NCBI GenBank assembly: GCA_965214405.1
Contig: OZ243956.1
Location: forward strand, 1,248,001-1,312,000
DNA length: 64,000 bases
From: Trueperaceae bacterium
GTDB lineage: Bacteria > Deinococcota > Deinococci > Deinococcales > Trueperaceae
Direction: 5' to 3'
Shown here: in pieces, positions 44,860-56,121 of the stretch
How positions within the stretch are numbered: position 1 is the first letter of the stretch
How the letters are laid out: each line of letters starts with the position of its first letter
Position numbers and translations under genes: made by a program
Notes under the pieces: generated by a model
Database searches by the model: none
What the model was told of the DNA's origin: nothing
The model's input: the letters and a program-made list of their open reading frames with translations, nothing else

Positions 44860-45513
44860 ATGAGCTCCCCCAGACCCATCCGCCTCTTGCTGGTTGACGA
44901 CCACGAAGTCGTGCGCCAGGGGCTCCACCTCTTTCTGGAGCCCGACGGTAATCTGGAAATCGTCGGCGAGGCGAGCGACGGCCAGGAAGCCGTGGCGCAG
45001 GCGGCAAGGCTCGAGCCCGACGTGGTCCTGATGGACCTGCTCATGCCGGTGCTGGACGGCGTGAGCGCGATTCTCGAAATCAAAAAGCGCCTTCCGGAAG
45101 TAGAAATCATCGCGCTGACGAGCGTGCTCGAGGACCGCCTGGTCGTGGGCGCGGTGCAGGCCGGGGCGATGGGCTACTTGCTCAAAGACACGAACGCGGA
45201 CGCGCTCATCGAGGCCATCTACGCGGCGGCTCGGGGCGAGGTCAGGCTGCACCCCGAGGCGGCCAAGCGCCTCGTGCGCGAGGTGCGTAGCGAGGGGATG
45301 CGCGAGGCGCTGACGCCGCGCGAAACCGATATCCTCCGGCTGCTCGCCAAGGGGCGGAGCAACAAAGACGTCGCCGAGGTTACGGGATTGTCCGAGGGCA
45401 CGGTGAAAACGCACGTGTCGCGCATCTTGTCCAAACTCTCCTTGGCGTCGCGCACGCAAGCGGCGCTGTTCGCGCTCAAAGAGGGGCTGGTCGGGCTTGA
45501 CGAGTCTTTTTGA
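44860..45513 (+). CDS. NarL/LuxR-family response regulator (probably leaderless)
   Basis: LVDDH, LMDL.MP, GYLLK, LTPRE..G.SNK..TVKTH; TATACT 6 nt before ATG. Confidence 0.93.
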   Translation: MSSPRPIRLLLVDDHEVVRQGLHLFLEPDGNLEIVGEASDGQEAVAQAARLEPDVVLMDLLMPVLDGVSAILEIKKRLPEVEIIALTSVLEDRLVVGAVQAGAMGYLLKDTNADALIEAIYAAARGEVRLHPEAAKRLVREVRSEGMREALTPRETDILRLLAKGRSNKDVAEVTGLSEGTVKTHVSRILSKLSLASRTQAALFALKEGLVGLDESF

Positions 45514-47023
45514 GAAACTCGGGGCCGACATCTTGGCGCGCATGTTCGAGGTGGCGGCGCACGGGCTCGCGCTGATCGACGTAAAGGGGCGGTTTCTGCA
45601 CCTCAACGCGGTGGGCTGCGGGATGCTCAGCGGCGAAAGGGAGGCGCTTTTGGGCCGGGACTTCCTAGAAAACATTACCCCGGAGGAGCGAGGCGCAGCC
45701 GGGGCGTGGTTCGCCGAGAGTTTCTACGGCGCGCCGCGCAAGCAGGACTTCACGGTGCGGTGGCCCCTGGGCGGGCGTCGCACGATGTCTTTTTTTAGCG
45801 TCCCGGTTGTGTTGGAAGCGCGGCGGGTCAGCCTCACCGCCTTTCATGACGTGACCGAGGTGCGCCGCGCGGAGTACGAGACGCGGACGCTGGCCGAGGT
45901 CGCCGCCAGCTTGGCGTTGGAGGTGTCGGTGCGAGACATTGCCAACACCCTGACCCAACGGCTCGTCGAACGCACGCGGGCGGACGCGGGCGCGGTCATG
46001 CTGCTGCCTCATGCGTCAGCCAGGGGCCGACTGGTGGGTGCTGCTGGGCTCCCCGAGGGGTTCGCCGAAAGCGCGGAAGCCGCCCTGCTGGACAACGCGA
46101 CGCCGCTGTCGCGCCTCCTTTACGCCGCGGCCAAAACGACCGTCATCCGCGCCCTTAGACGCTACTGCCACGCCGACCCGGCGTACGCGCCGCTCGACCT
46201 CCTTGCCGAGGCGCGCGCGTGGGACGCGCTCGTCTTTACGCCGCTCCTCTACCGCGGGCGCAAGGTGGGGGGGCTCTTGACCTTCTACGGGGGCGCCGCG
46301 CCCGCCGACGAGGAGCTGGCCTTTCTCCAGACCCTGGCCGACCAGAGCGTGTTCGCCATCGAGAACGCCCGGCTGTCGCTCGAGATGCAAGACCAGGCGG
46401 TGCTCGAGGAGCGCTCGAGGCTCGCGCGCGAACTCCACGACTCGGTGTCGCAGGCGCTCTACGGCATCGCCTTGGGGGCGAGGAGCGCGCGCTCCCAGCT
46501 TAACAGAAATCCCGAAAGAGTCGCCGAAAGGCTCGACTACGTCTTAAAGCTCGCCGAGGCGGGCATGGCCGAGATGCGCGCGCTGATTTTTGAGCTGCGG
46601 CCCGAAACGCTCCAGAGCGAGGGCTTGGTCGTCGCGCTGGGCAAACAAGCGGCGGCGCTCCACGCGCGGCATCACTTGACGGTCGAGACCCATCTGGGTG
46701 ACGAGCCTGCGCTGTCTTTGGTGGTCAAGGGGGCGCTCTACCGCATCGCCCAGGAGGCGCTTCACAACGTGGTCAAGCACGCCAAGGCCCGGCACGTGCG
46801 CTTGGCCCTGCGGCAAGAGGATGCGCGCGCGGTCTTAGAGGTTGGCGACGACGGGACGGGCTTCGACCCGCGCGCGGACTTTCCCGGACACCTGGGTTTA
46901 AGCTCGATGCGCGAACGCGCCGAGATGCTGGGCGGCACGTTCCGCCTGGAGAGCGAGCCCGGCGCGGGCACCCGGCTTTTGGTCGAGGTTCCGCTCCATA
47001 CCGGTGAAACCGCCCCACCTTAG
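45497..47023 (+). CDS. Cytoplasmic PAS-GAF HisKA_3 sensor kinase
   Basis: ERSRLARELHDSVSQ, IAQEALHNVVKHA, DDGTGF, GL.SMRER; no TM segment. Confidence 0.92.
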   Translation: MTSLFEKLGADILARMFEVAAHGLALIDVKGRFLHLNAVGCGMLSGEREALLGRDFLENITPEERGAAGAWFAESFYGAPRKQDFTVRWPLGGRRTMSFFSVPVVLEARRVSLTAFHDVTEVRRAEYETRTLAEVAASLALEVSVRDIANTLTQRLVERTRADAGAVMLLPHASARGRLVGAAGLPEGFAESAEAALLDNATPLSRLLYAAAKTTVIRALRRYCHADPAYAPLDLLAEARAWDALVFTPLLYRGRKVGGLLTFYGGAAPADEELAFLQTLADQSVFAIENARLSLEMQDQAVLEERSRLARELHDSVSQALYGIALGARSARSQLNRNPERVAERLDYVLKLAEAGMAEMRALIFELRPETLQSEGLVVALGKQAAALHARHHLTVETHLGDEPALSLVVKGALYRIAQEALHNVVKHAKARHVRLALRQEDARAVLEVGDDGTGFDPRADFPGHLGLSSMRERAEMLGGTFRLESEPGAGTRLLVEVPLHTGETAPP

Positions 47024-47200
47024 CCTCACCCCAAGCTACCGGCCCCTACACAAAAAGATAGACGCTGGCTCGCACCTTTTGGGAGACGAAAAGCGCGGGC
47101 GAGGCTTTCACAGTGGCGTTAAGGGAGGTTTGCGCTCGAGCCCTCCCTAAGCGACACCGGAAGAAGTAACACGTAAAGAAGCATCACGTGGAGGTGGAAA

Positions 47201-47725
47201 GTGCAAAAGGTTTTGGTCGCGTACGCCAGCCTGTACGGCTCGACGCGGGACATCGCCGAGGCGGTGTCGCGCGTGCTGAACGAGCGAGGCGTGGCGGCGC
47301 CCGTCCGCCCGGCGGACGGCGTGCCGACGCTCGAGCCCTACGGCGCGGTGGTGCTGGGCAGCGCCGTTTACGAGGGGGAGTGGCTGGAGGACGGGGTGGA
47401 CTTTTTAAGGCGCTTTAGCGTGCCCCTCTCAGAGCGCCCGGTGTGGCTCTTCTCGAGCGGCACGACCGACACGGGCGCGCCCACGGAAACCATGAAGGGC
47501 TGGACCTTCCCGGGCCTGCTCGCGTCGATAGAAAGAGATATCGCGCCGCAAGATAAGGCGCTCTTTGGGGGAAGGCTGGACTCGAGCCGCCTCAGCTTCG
47601 GCGACTGGCTGCGCAACCCCTCCTTGCGCGGCGTTTCCGGCGACTTCCGCGACTGGGCGACCATCGAGGCGTGGGCTGGTGACGTTGCCACCGCGCTGAC
47701 GATGGAGCGGGCTTTCACTCTATAA
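47201..47725 (+). CDS. Flavodoxin-domain protein (Flavodoxin_5 / HemG-like)
   Basis: VLVAYASLYGSTRDIAE, VLGSAVY, VWLFSSG, GDFRDW..I..WA. Confidence 0.85.
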   Translation: MQKVLVAYASLYGSTRDIAEAVSRVLNERGVAAPVRPADGVPTLEPYGAVVLGSAVYEGEWLEDGVDFLRRFSVPLSERPVWLFSSGTTDTGAPTETMKGWTFPGLLASIERDIAPQDKALFGGRLDSSRLSFGDWLRNPSLRGVSGDFRDWATIEAWAGDVATALTMERAFTL

Positions 47726-48123
47726 ATCACCCCAACAATTTACCCTGGCGAACGTTGTGATTCACCGTGAAAGCGTCGGCGTTACGCGTCGGGGTCTATC
47801 TGCCGGAACTCAACCGCAAACTGTAGCGGTTTTCATCAATGCTTAGCCTATTAGCACAGGTATTATCTCCTAAACCACGCCCTACACGATAACGCATGGA
47901 CTGATTTTCTCAAACCAGATAATACCTGCTGTACATCAAAAGTTAGCGCTCTACCCTCATCTTTTGTGAGACGAAAACCGTTACGCGCTTAGACATACTC
48001 TCTCCAGTGAGGCTTATACGCTCCGGGAGGGCGGCAGCATGAGTTAAAACGGTAAAACCCGAAGAAGAAGCAGGTACAGAGCAGGCAACGTCGATGCACT
48101 TCATCCACATCCCTGGAGGGGCA

Positions 48124-48363
48124 ATGGCTGACAAAAAACCTAACGCGACAGCAACACCCAACACCACAAAAAACGCTACCGGAACACCCGCCAAATCTCA
48201 TGAAGCTCCTCATGAAGCTCCTCATGAAGCTCCACACGAAACTTCCGGGGAGCAAAGTTACGAAGGCCCCCCCGTCGGCGCCATCGCCGTGACCACCTTT
48301 TTAACGGTCGTCATCCTCTGTCTCTGGTTCGGCATGTACTTTCTCAACATCGCAAGGGGCTAA
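48124..48363 (+). CDS. cbaD: ba3-type oxidase subunit IIa with an extended N-terminus
   Basis: C-terminal PVGAIAV..LTVVIL.LWFGMYFL..ARG resembles Thermus subunit IIa; GGAGG RBS. Confidence 0.8.
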   Translation: MADKKPNATATPNTTKNATGTPAKSHEAPHEAPHEAPHETSGEQSYEGPPVGAIAVTTFLTVVILCLWFGMYFLNIARG

Positions 48364-48367
48364 AGCA

Positions 48368-49309
48368 GTGAACGACAAACAGCACGAGGCCATCGCCAAG
48401 TGGGAGCGCCGCTGGCTCAACGCCGCGGGCATCTTGCTGGTGGTGTTCGTTATCTTTATCGCCATTTCGCTGGCGATGGAAGGCGGGCACATCGCGCAGC
48501 GCCAGAGCCGGGCCACGCCCGAACAGCTCGCCAGCTCGGACCTTTTCGCCAACCCCGGCGTGACGCTGGTGGGGACCTACCGCTACCGCGTGGCGCTCGT
48601 CGCGCAGACCTATTCGTTTAACCCTTCGGAAATCTACTTGCCCATCGGGTCCGAGGCCACCTTTTACATGACCTCGCGCGACGTGTTGCACGGCTATCAG
48701 GTGGAGAACACCAACATCAACGTCGAACTCGTCCCCGGCGAGGTCTCCACTTTCCAGTACACCTTTAACGAGCCCGGCGAGTACCGCGTCACCTGCAACG
48801 AATACTGCGGGATCGGTCACCAGAACATGATGGCGAAGATTTTCGTGGGCGTGCGGCCCCCCACCGACGCCGGCGTCACGATGGGCGCGGATAGTGCGGC
48901 GGAAAGCCCTCCGGTGCTCGGCGCGAATGTTTACGACACGAACTGCGCCTCCTGCCACCAGGCGGACGGGCAGGGCGTCGCGGGCGTGTACCCGCCCCTA
49001 GAAGCGCACGCTGCGCACCTCTACAACGCCCCCGGTGGGCGCGACTACCTCGTCAACCTGCTCCTCTACGGTCTTCAAGGGCCTATTCAAGTCGAGGGCG
49101 AGGTCTACAGCAACCAGATGCCCGCCTGGAAGCAGCTCGGCGACGACGAGATCGCGGCGGTCTTGAACCACACCCTCTCGAGCTGGGAAAACGAGGGACT
49201 CATAGACGCTTTTGAGCCCTATCAACCGGAGGGCATCGAACCTTTCCGCAACGAAGACCTTTCGAACGAAGACGTGTACGAACTCAGAGGGGAGCTTGGC
49301 CTTGAATAA
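48368..49309 (+). CDS. cbaB: ba3-type cytochrome oxidase subunit II fused to cytochrome c552
   Basis: Single TM, DVLHG and CNEYCGIGHQNM (CuA), then CASCH..YPPL..GGRDYL..LLYGLQG..MPAW. Confidence 0.9.
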   Translation: MNDKQHEAIAKWERRWLNAAGILLVVFVIFIAISLAMEGGHIAQRQSRATPEQLASSDLFANPGVTLVGTYRYRVALVAQTYSFNPSEIYLPIGSEATFYMTSRDVLHGYQVENTNINVELVPGEVSTFQYTFNEPGEYRVTCNEYCGIGHQNMMAKIFVGVRPPTDAGVTMGADSAAESPPVLGANVYDTNCASCHQADGQGVAGVYPPLEAHAAHLYNAPGGRDYLVNLLLYGLQGPIQVEGEVYSNQMPAWKQLGDDEIAAVLNHTLSSWENEGLIDAFEPYQPEGIEPFRNEDLSNEDVYELRGELGLE

Positions 49310-49344
49310 GCTCACGGCAAAAAGAACGACAAAAGGAACCCATC

Positions 49345-51030
49345 ATGGCCGTTAGCACCGCCGCCCCGAGCCGCGCCGACGTCTACGCCGACCGTCCCGA
49401 AAAGAAGGTGACGCTTTACTTTCTCGTGACCGGACTCGTGGCGCTGCTCGTCGGCGCGCTTTTGGGACCCTTGCAGGCGATGAACTACGCGGGGGTGGAC
49501 CTCTACCGTTACTTGCCCTTTTTGGCCTCTTATTGCCAGGGGCTGACGCTCCACGGCGTTTTGAACGCGCTCGTGTTCACCACCTTTTTTATCAGCGGGC
49601 TGTTGCTTTACCTGCCCGCTCGAGAACTCAATATGCGACCCAACATGGCCTGGGTCTGGTCGGCCTACTGGGTCATGCTCGCGGGGCTGGTGCTGGCGGG
49701 AATAGCGATTGTCACGAACACTGCAAGCGTCATGTACACCTTTTACCCGCCGCTCCAAGGGAGTTGGGGCTTCTATACCGGCCTGGCGCTGGTGGTGGTG
49801 GCGAGTCTTATGGTGGGCTTCGAGGTGGTGCGGATGCGCGAACGCTGGCGCCGCGACCACCCGGGCGAGGTCACGCCGATTGTGACTTTCATGTGCGTCG
49901 TGACCTACCTCATGTGGGGGCTCGCCTCGCTGGGCATCATCGTCGAGGTTGTCGTGTTTCTTATCCCCTGGTCGCTGGGTTTGCGGGAGGGGGTTGACCC
50001 CCAGCTCGCTCGGACGCTCTTCTGGTACACGGGCCACCCCATCGTCTACTTCTGGCTCCTGCCCGCCTACGTGTCCTGGTACGCGCTTATCCCCAAACAG
50101 GCGGGCGGCGAACTCGTCTCCGATTCGCTCGCGCGCCTTGCTTTCCTAATGTTCCTGCTCTTCTCGACCCCGGTCGGCTTCCACCACCAGTTCACCGACC
50201 CCGGCATCCCCGCCGCCTGGAAGATGATCCACTCGTTTCTCACCATGATGGTGGGCATCCCGAGTTTGCTCACCGCCTTTACGGTGGCGGCTTCGGTGGA
50301 GGTCGGCGGCAGGAACCGCGGCGGAGAGGGGCCGTTCGGCTGGATAGGCGCGTTGCCCTGGGGCAGCGCGGCTTTTACCGCGCAGGTCTTGGCGATGGTG
50401 TCATTCATCTTCGGCGGGGCGGGCGGCATGGTCAACGCGAGCTTTAACCTTAACGCCCTGATTCACAACACCGCCTGGGTGCCGGGGCATTTTCACATTA
50501 CCGTGGGCACCGCGACCACGCTGACCTTTTTCGGCATCACCTTCTGGCTGGTGCCGCACCTCACGCGCAAGCCGCTCTTCTCGAACCGGCTGGCGCTCTG
50601 GGCGAGCTGGACCTGGTTCGTCGGCATGATGGTGTTCGCTTTCGGGATGCACTGGCAGGGGCTTCTGGGTGTTCCGCGCCGCGCGCAGATATCAGACTTG
50701 TCGCCCAACTTGCAGGGCGCTTACGAAGGCGCGGCGGTTCCTCAGTTTTTCACGGGTCTGAGCGGGGTCATCTTGCTCGTGTCGGTGATCCTCTACTTCA
50801 CTGTTCTTTTCGGCACGCTCTTTGCGCGCAAGCGCCTGGACGAGCGGGAGAGCCCGGCCATTCCCTTTGTGAAGAGCGTGGAGCTGCGCAGCGAGGGCAC
50901 CCTGAGGCTGCTCGACAGCATTTACGTCTGGTTCGCTCTCGCCGCGTTTCTGGTGCTGGTCGCTTACGGCCCGACGCTCATCGACATGTTCTTGAACCAG
51001 GTGCCCGTGCCCGGCCTGAGGCTCTGGTAA
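49345..51030 (+). CDS. cbaA: ba3-type (family B) heme-copper oxidase subunit I
   Basis: QGLTLHGVLNA, YTFYPPL, LFWYTGHPIVYFWLLPAY, GFHHQF, WVPGHFH, PRR. Confidence 0.95.
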   Translation: MAVSTAAPSRADVYADRPEKKVTLYFLVTGLVALLVGALLGPLQAMNYAGVDLYRYLPFLASYCQGLTLHGVLNALVFTTFFISGLLLYLPARELNMRPNMAWVWSAYWVMLAGLVLAGIAIVTNTASVMYTFYPPLQGSWGFYTGLALVVVASLMVGFEVVRMRERWRRDHPGEVTPIVTFMCVVTYLMWGLASLGIIVEVVVFLIPWSLGLREGVDPQLARTLFWYTGHPIVYFWLLPAYVSWYALIPKQAGGELVSDSLARLAFLMFLLFSTPVGFHHQFTDPGIPAAWKMIHSFLTMMVGIPSLLTAFTVAASVEVGGRNRGGEGPFGWIGALPWGSAAFTAQVLAMVSFIFGGAGGMVNASFNLNALIHNTAWVPGHFHITVGTATTLTFFGITFWLVPHLTRKPLFSNRLALWASWTWFVGMMVFAFGMHWQGLLGVPRRAQISDLSPNLQGAYEGAAVPQFFTGLSGVILLVSVILYFTVLFGTLFARKRLDERESPAIPFVKSVELRSEGTLRLLDSIYVWFALAAFLVLVAYGPTLIDMFLNQVPVPGLRLW

Positions 51031-51548
51031 TGCTCGAGCTCATCCTCTCCTCTGTCATGGCGGGCACCGTCGCCACTGCCGTGATGGTGGTGTTTCTCTA
51101 CCTGCCGCTCCTCTGGGGCGGGATGTACTACGACACGCTGGGCGCGATTGGCGGCATTTTCCTGCGGCCCATCGAGGGGCGCTCGCGCCTCTTGGGTGGG
51201 CTCATCTTGCTCGTGGGCGGCGTGCTCTTTGCGCTCTTTTACGGCTCGTTCGTGCTCATGTTCATGCGCGGCCCCTTTCCCGCGCCCGACTATACGGTGC
51301 TGCGGGGCTGGCCGGTGCAGGTCAACCTTTTTTATCCGCTTTTCGGGCTCGTGGGGGGGCTGGGGCAGGGCATCTTTATGTCCTTGATTACCACCTTTAT
51401 CGTGACCGACTTCTACCCCGTCGAGTCGTACCGCAACGAGCTCACCCTCATCCTGTCCTACATCATCGGTCACGTCATTTACGGCGTGACCGTGATGTTT
51501 TTTCAGAGCCAGTTTTTGCAACTCCTGTTGGGAGGGATGAGCGCGTGA
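51030..51548 (+). CDS. 4-TM membrane protein coupled to cbaA (possible oxidase assembly factor)
   Basis: TAATG overlap with cbaA; hydrophobic helices; GHVIYG. Confidence 0.75.
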   Translation: MLELILSSVMAGTVATAVMVVFLYLPLLWGGMYYDTLGAIGGIFLRPIEGRSRLLGGLILLVGGVLFALFYGSFVLMFMRGPFPAPDYTVLRGWPVQVNLFYPLFGLVGGLGQGIFMSLITTFIVTDFYPVESYRNELTLILSYIIGHVIYGVTVMFFQSQFLQLLLGGMSA

Positions 51549-51705
51549 CGTCGGGCACTGTTGTTTGAGCCTTTTTTGCCTGTTTCTCGCCCGTTTTTAA
51601 CCCTCTTGTGAGGCGGCTCGAGTTCACGCGCCTGGCTTACTGTTCTGTCAACTTTTGTTTGATGTACCCGTGGCAAACTTTAGTGTCTGAAGTCGGACAT
51701 CGGGA

Positions 51706-51846
51706 ATGCTCACCTCAAGTTTGGTACTCTTCAACATCAACCTGACGGGGTACGACGTTCTTCGTCCCGAACCCCCGACTGTAGTGGGCGGCGAACTGAG
51801 CTACAAGATAAGGCAGCCCAAACTTTTTGACTCACTTCATACCTGA
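51706..51846 (+). CDS. Putative 46-aa microprotein
   Basis: MLTSSLVLFNINLTGYDVLRPEPPTVVGGELSYKIRQPKLFDSLHT; the stop abuts a terminator. Confidence 0.45.
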   Translation: MLTSSLVLFNINLTGYDVLRPEPPTVVGGELSYKIRQPKLFDSLHT

Positions 51847-51873
51847 CCGCCCTCTTCGAGAGGGCGGCTTCTT
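51847..51873. terminator. Terminator hairpin between convergent genes
   Basis: CCGCCCTC-TTCGA-GAGGGCGG-CTTCTT. Confidence 0.75.
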
Positions 51874-51885
51874 GCATCCGGCTCG

Positions 51886-54492
<2,607 letters not shown>

Positions 54493-54514
54493 ACCGCGCC
54501 TCCTGGTGTTGGGC

Positions 54515-54825
54515 AAAAAAGAAACGCCCGCTCAGCTCGAAAACTGGAAAGCGGACGAGACCCGAAGTTAAAGCTGGAGTCCCGCGGTACCACCGCAGTT
54601 CTTCTCCCATCAGAGAAGCGCTCGTTAAACCGCGCTGTCGGGGCGGCGTCCGGAGGGTCTAGTAAGTTCTAAAAGAACCGTTCTTCCTCTCCAAAAGAGT
54701 TCACCTCATTGACGAGATGATACCTCCAAAGTTGGGGCGACGTTCGCTCGAATCTTCTCCACCCAAACTCTCAGCGCGTCACTTGGGCTCTCTGTCGAGG
54801 GGGCTCGAGCTACTTCCCTTGGACA
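54515..54825 (-). ncRNA. T-box riboswitch (Val) upstream of valS
   Basis: Minus strand: AGAGAG and GCTGAGA in stem I, specifier GAAC-GTC (Val), T-box AACTGCGGTGGTACCGCG, terminator ..GCGGGCG-TTTCTTTTTT. Confidence 0.9.
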
Positions 54826-54891
54826 AAAGTATAGCAGAACGAATACGCGCATACAAGGGTGCTGGCTGACCCACCCGAACGCCGCCCAAAT

Positions 54892-56040
54892 CTACGTCAA
54901 CACGTTCGGGTCGAAAAGCCTACCGTACTCGTCACCCGCGTAGCGGTCGGTCATGCCCGATAGATAGTCGGTCACCGCGCGTATCAGGCCGCGCGTTTCG
55001 GCGTGCGCCTGAACGTCGAAGGGCAGCATGTTGGGCGAGGCGGTGTAGGCGCTAAAGAGGCGTTCCAGAATGTAATCTGCTTTTTTGGTCATGCGGATTA
55101 AGCGGTAATGAAAGTACAGGTTTTCGTATAAAAACTTCTTGAGTTCGCGCAGCTTCGCGCGCATCTCCGGTGAGGGACCGACGAGTTTGTGGGGCGCGTT
55201 GCGGACGTCCTCGAGCGTCTTTACCCCGGCTTGTTCCAGCATCCGGCTCGTGTGCGCGATGCAGTCCTCAATGGTCAGCCCCAAAAGTTCGCGGATGAGC
55301 AGGTAACGGCTCCCGTTGTCAAACGTCCCCGGCGTGACGCCCAGCGCCTCGGTGAGGTCGCAGACGAGCGGCACCTCGCAAATTTGGGCCGGGGTGAGGT
55401 GGCCCGAGCGCAAGCCGTCGTCCAGATCGTGCGCGTTGTAGGCGAGTTCGTCGGCGACGTTGACGACTTGCGCCTCCAGACTGGGCTGTTTGTCGGGCTC
55501 CCAGTCGCTGTCGGGCAGGTCGTACTCGGTCTCGTGCTTCATGATGCCCTCTAACGTTTCCCAGGTGAGGTTGAGCCCCGGAAAGTCGGGGTAGCGCTTT
55601 TCGAGTTCAGTCACCACCCGCAGCGACTGCTTGTTGTGGTCGAACCCGCCCGCGTCCTTGGCGAGCCGGTCGAGCGTATTCTCGCCCGCGTGACCAAAGG
55701 GCGGATGCCCTAAGTCATGCGCCAGCGCAATCGTCTCGGCTAAGTCGTCGTTGAGGCCCAACGCGCGCGAGATGCTTTTGGCGACCTGCGCCACCTCGAG
55801 CGTGTGCGTCAAGCGGGTGCGGTAGTAGTCACCCTCATAATTGACAAAAACTTGCGTTTTGTACTCGAGCCGCCGAAACGCCGAGGTGTGAATCACCCGG
55901 TCGCGGTCTTTTTGAAAAGCGGTGCGGTGTTTGGATTCGGCCTCCGCATAGACGCGCCCGCGCGAGGCACTTGACAGCGCCGCATAGGGCGCGAGCGTCA
56001 GCCGCTCGTTTTGCTCGAGCTTTTCTCTCGTGTAAATCAT
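54892..56040 (-). CDS. dgt: dGTP triphosphohydrolase (HD family)
   Basis: FQKDRDR, FRRLEYKTQVF, RTRLTH, AHDLGHPPFGH, DYLSGMTD. Confidence 0.93.
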   Translation of the reverse strand: MIYTREKLEQNERLTLAPYAALSSASRGRVYAEAESKHRTAFQKDRDRVIHTSAFRRLEYKTQVFVNYEGDYYRTRLTHTLEVAQVAKSISRALGLNDDLAETIALAHDLGHPPFGHAGENTLDRLAKDAGGFDHNKQSLRVVTELEKRYPDFPGLNLTWETLEGIMKHETEYDLPDSDWEPDKQPSLEAQVVNVADELAYNAHDLDDGLRSGHLTPAQICEVPLVCDLTEALGVTPGTFDNGSRYLLIRELLGLTIEDCIAHTSRMLEQAGVKTLEDVRNAPHKLVGPSPEMRAKLRELKKFLYENLYFHYRLIRMTKKADYILERLFSAYTASPNMLPFDVQAHAETRGLIRAVTDYLSGMTDRYAGDEYGRLFDPNVLT

Positions 56041-56121
56041 CAGCAATGCTAGCAGGAAAGGGTAAATGTGTGCGTAACTGGACTCCAAAGGATGTGTGTT
56101 CCGCTGTGACGCGAACTCAAG

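Noticed and set aside
47750..47780. Rex or FNR box upstream of the cba operon
   Set aside because: Only a TTGTGA half-site, with no correctly spaced second half.
51730..51846. tmRNA, 6S RNA or a self-cleaving ribozyme
   Set aside because: No tRNA-like ends, long 6S-type duplex or ribozyme core; a small ORF explains it better.
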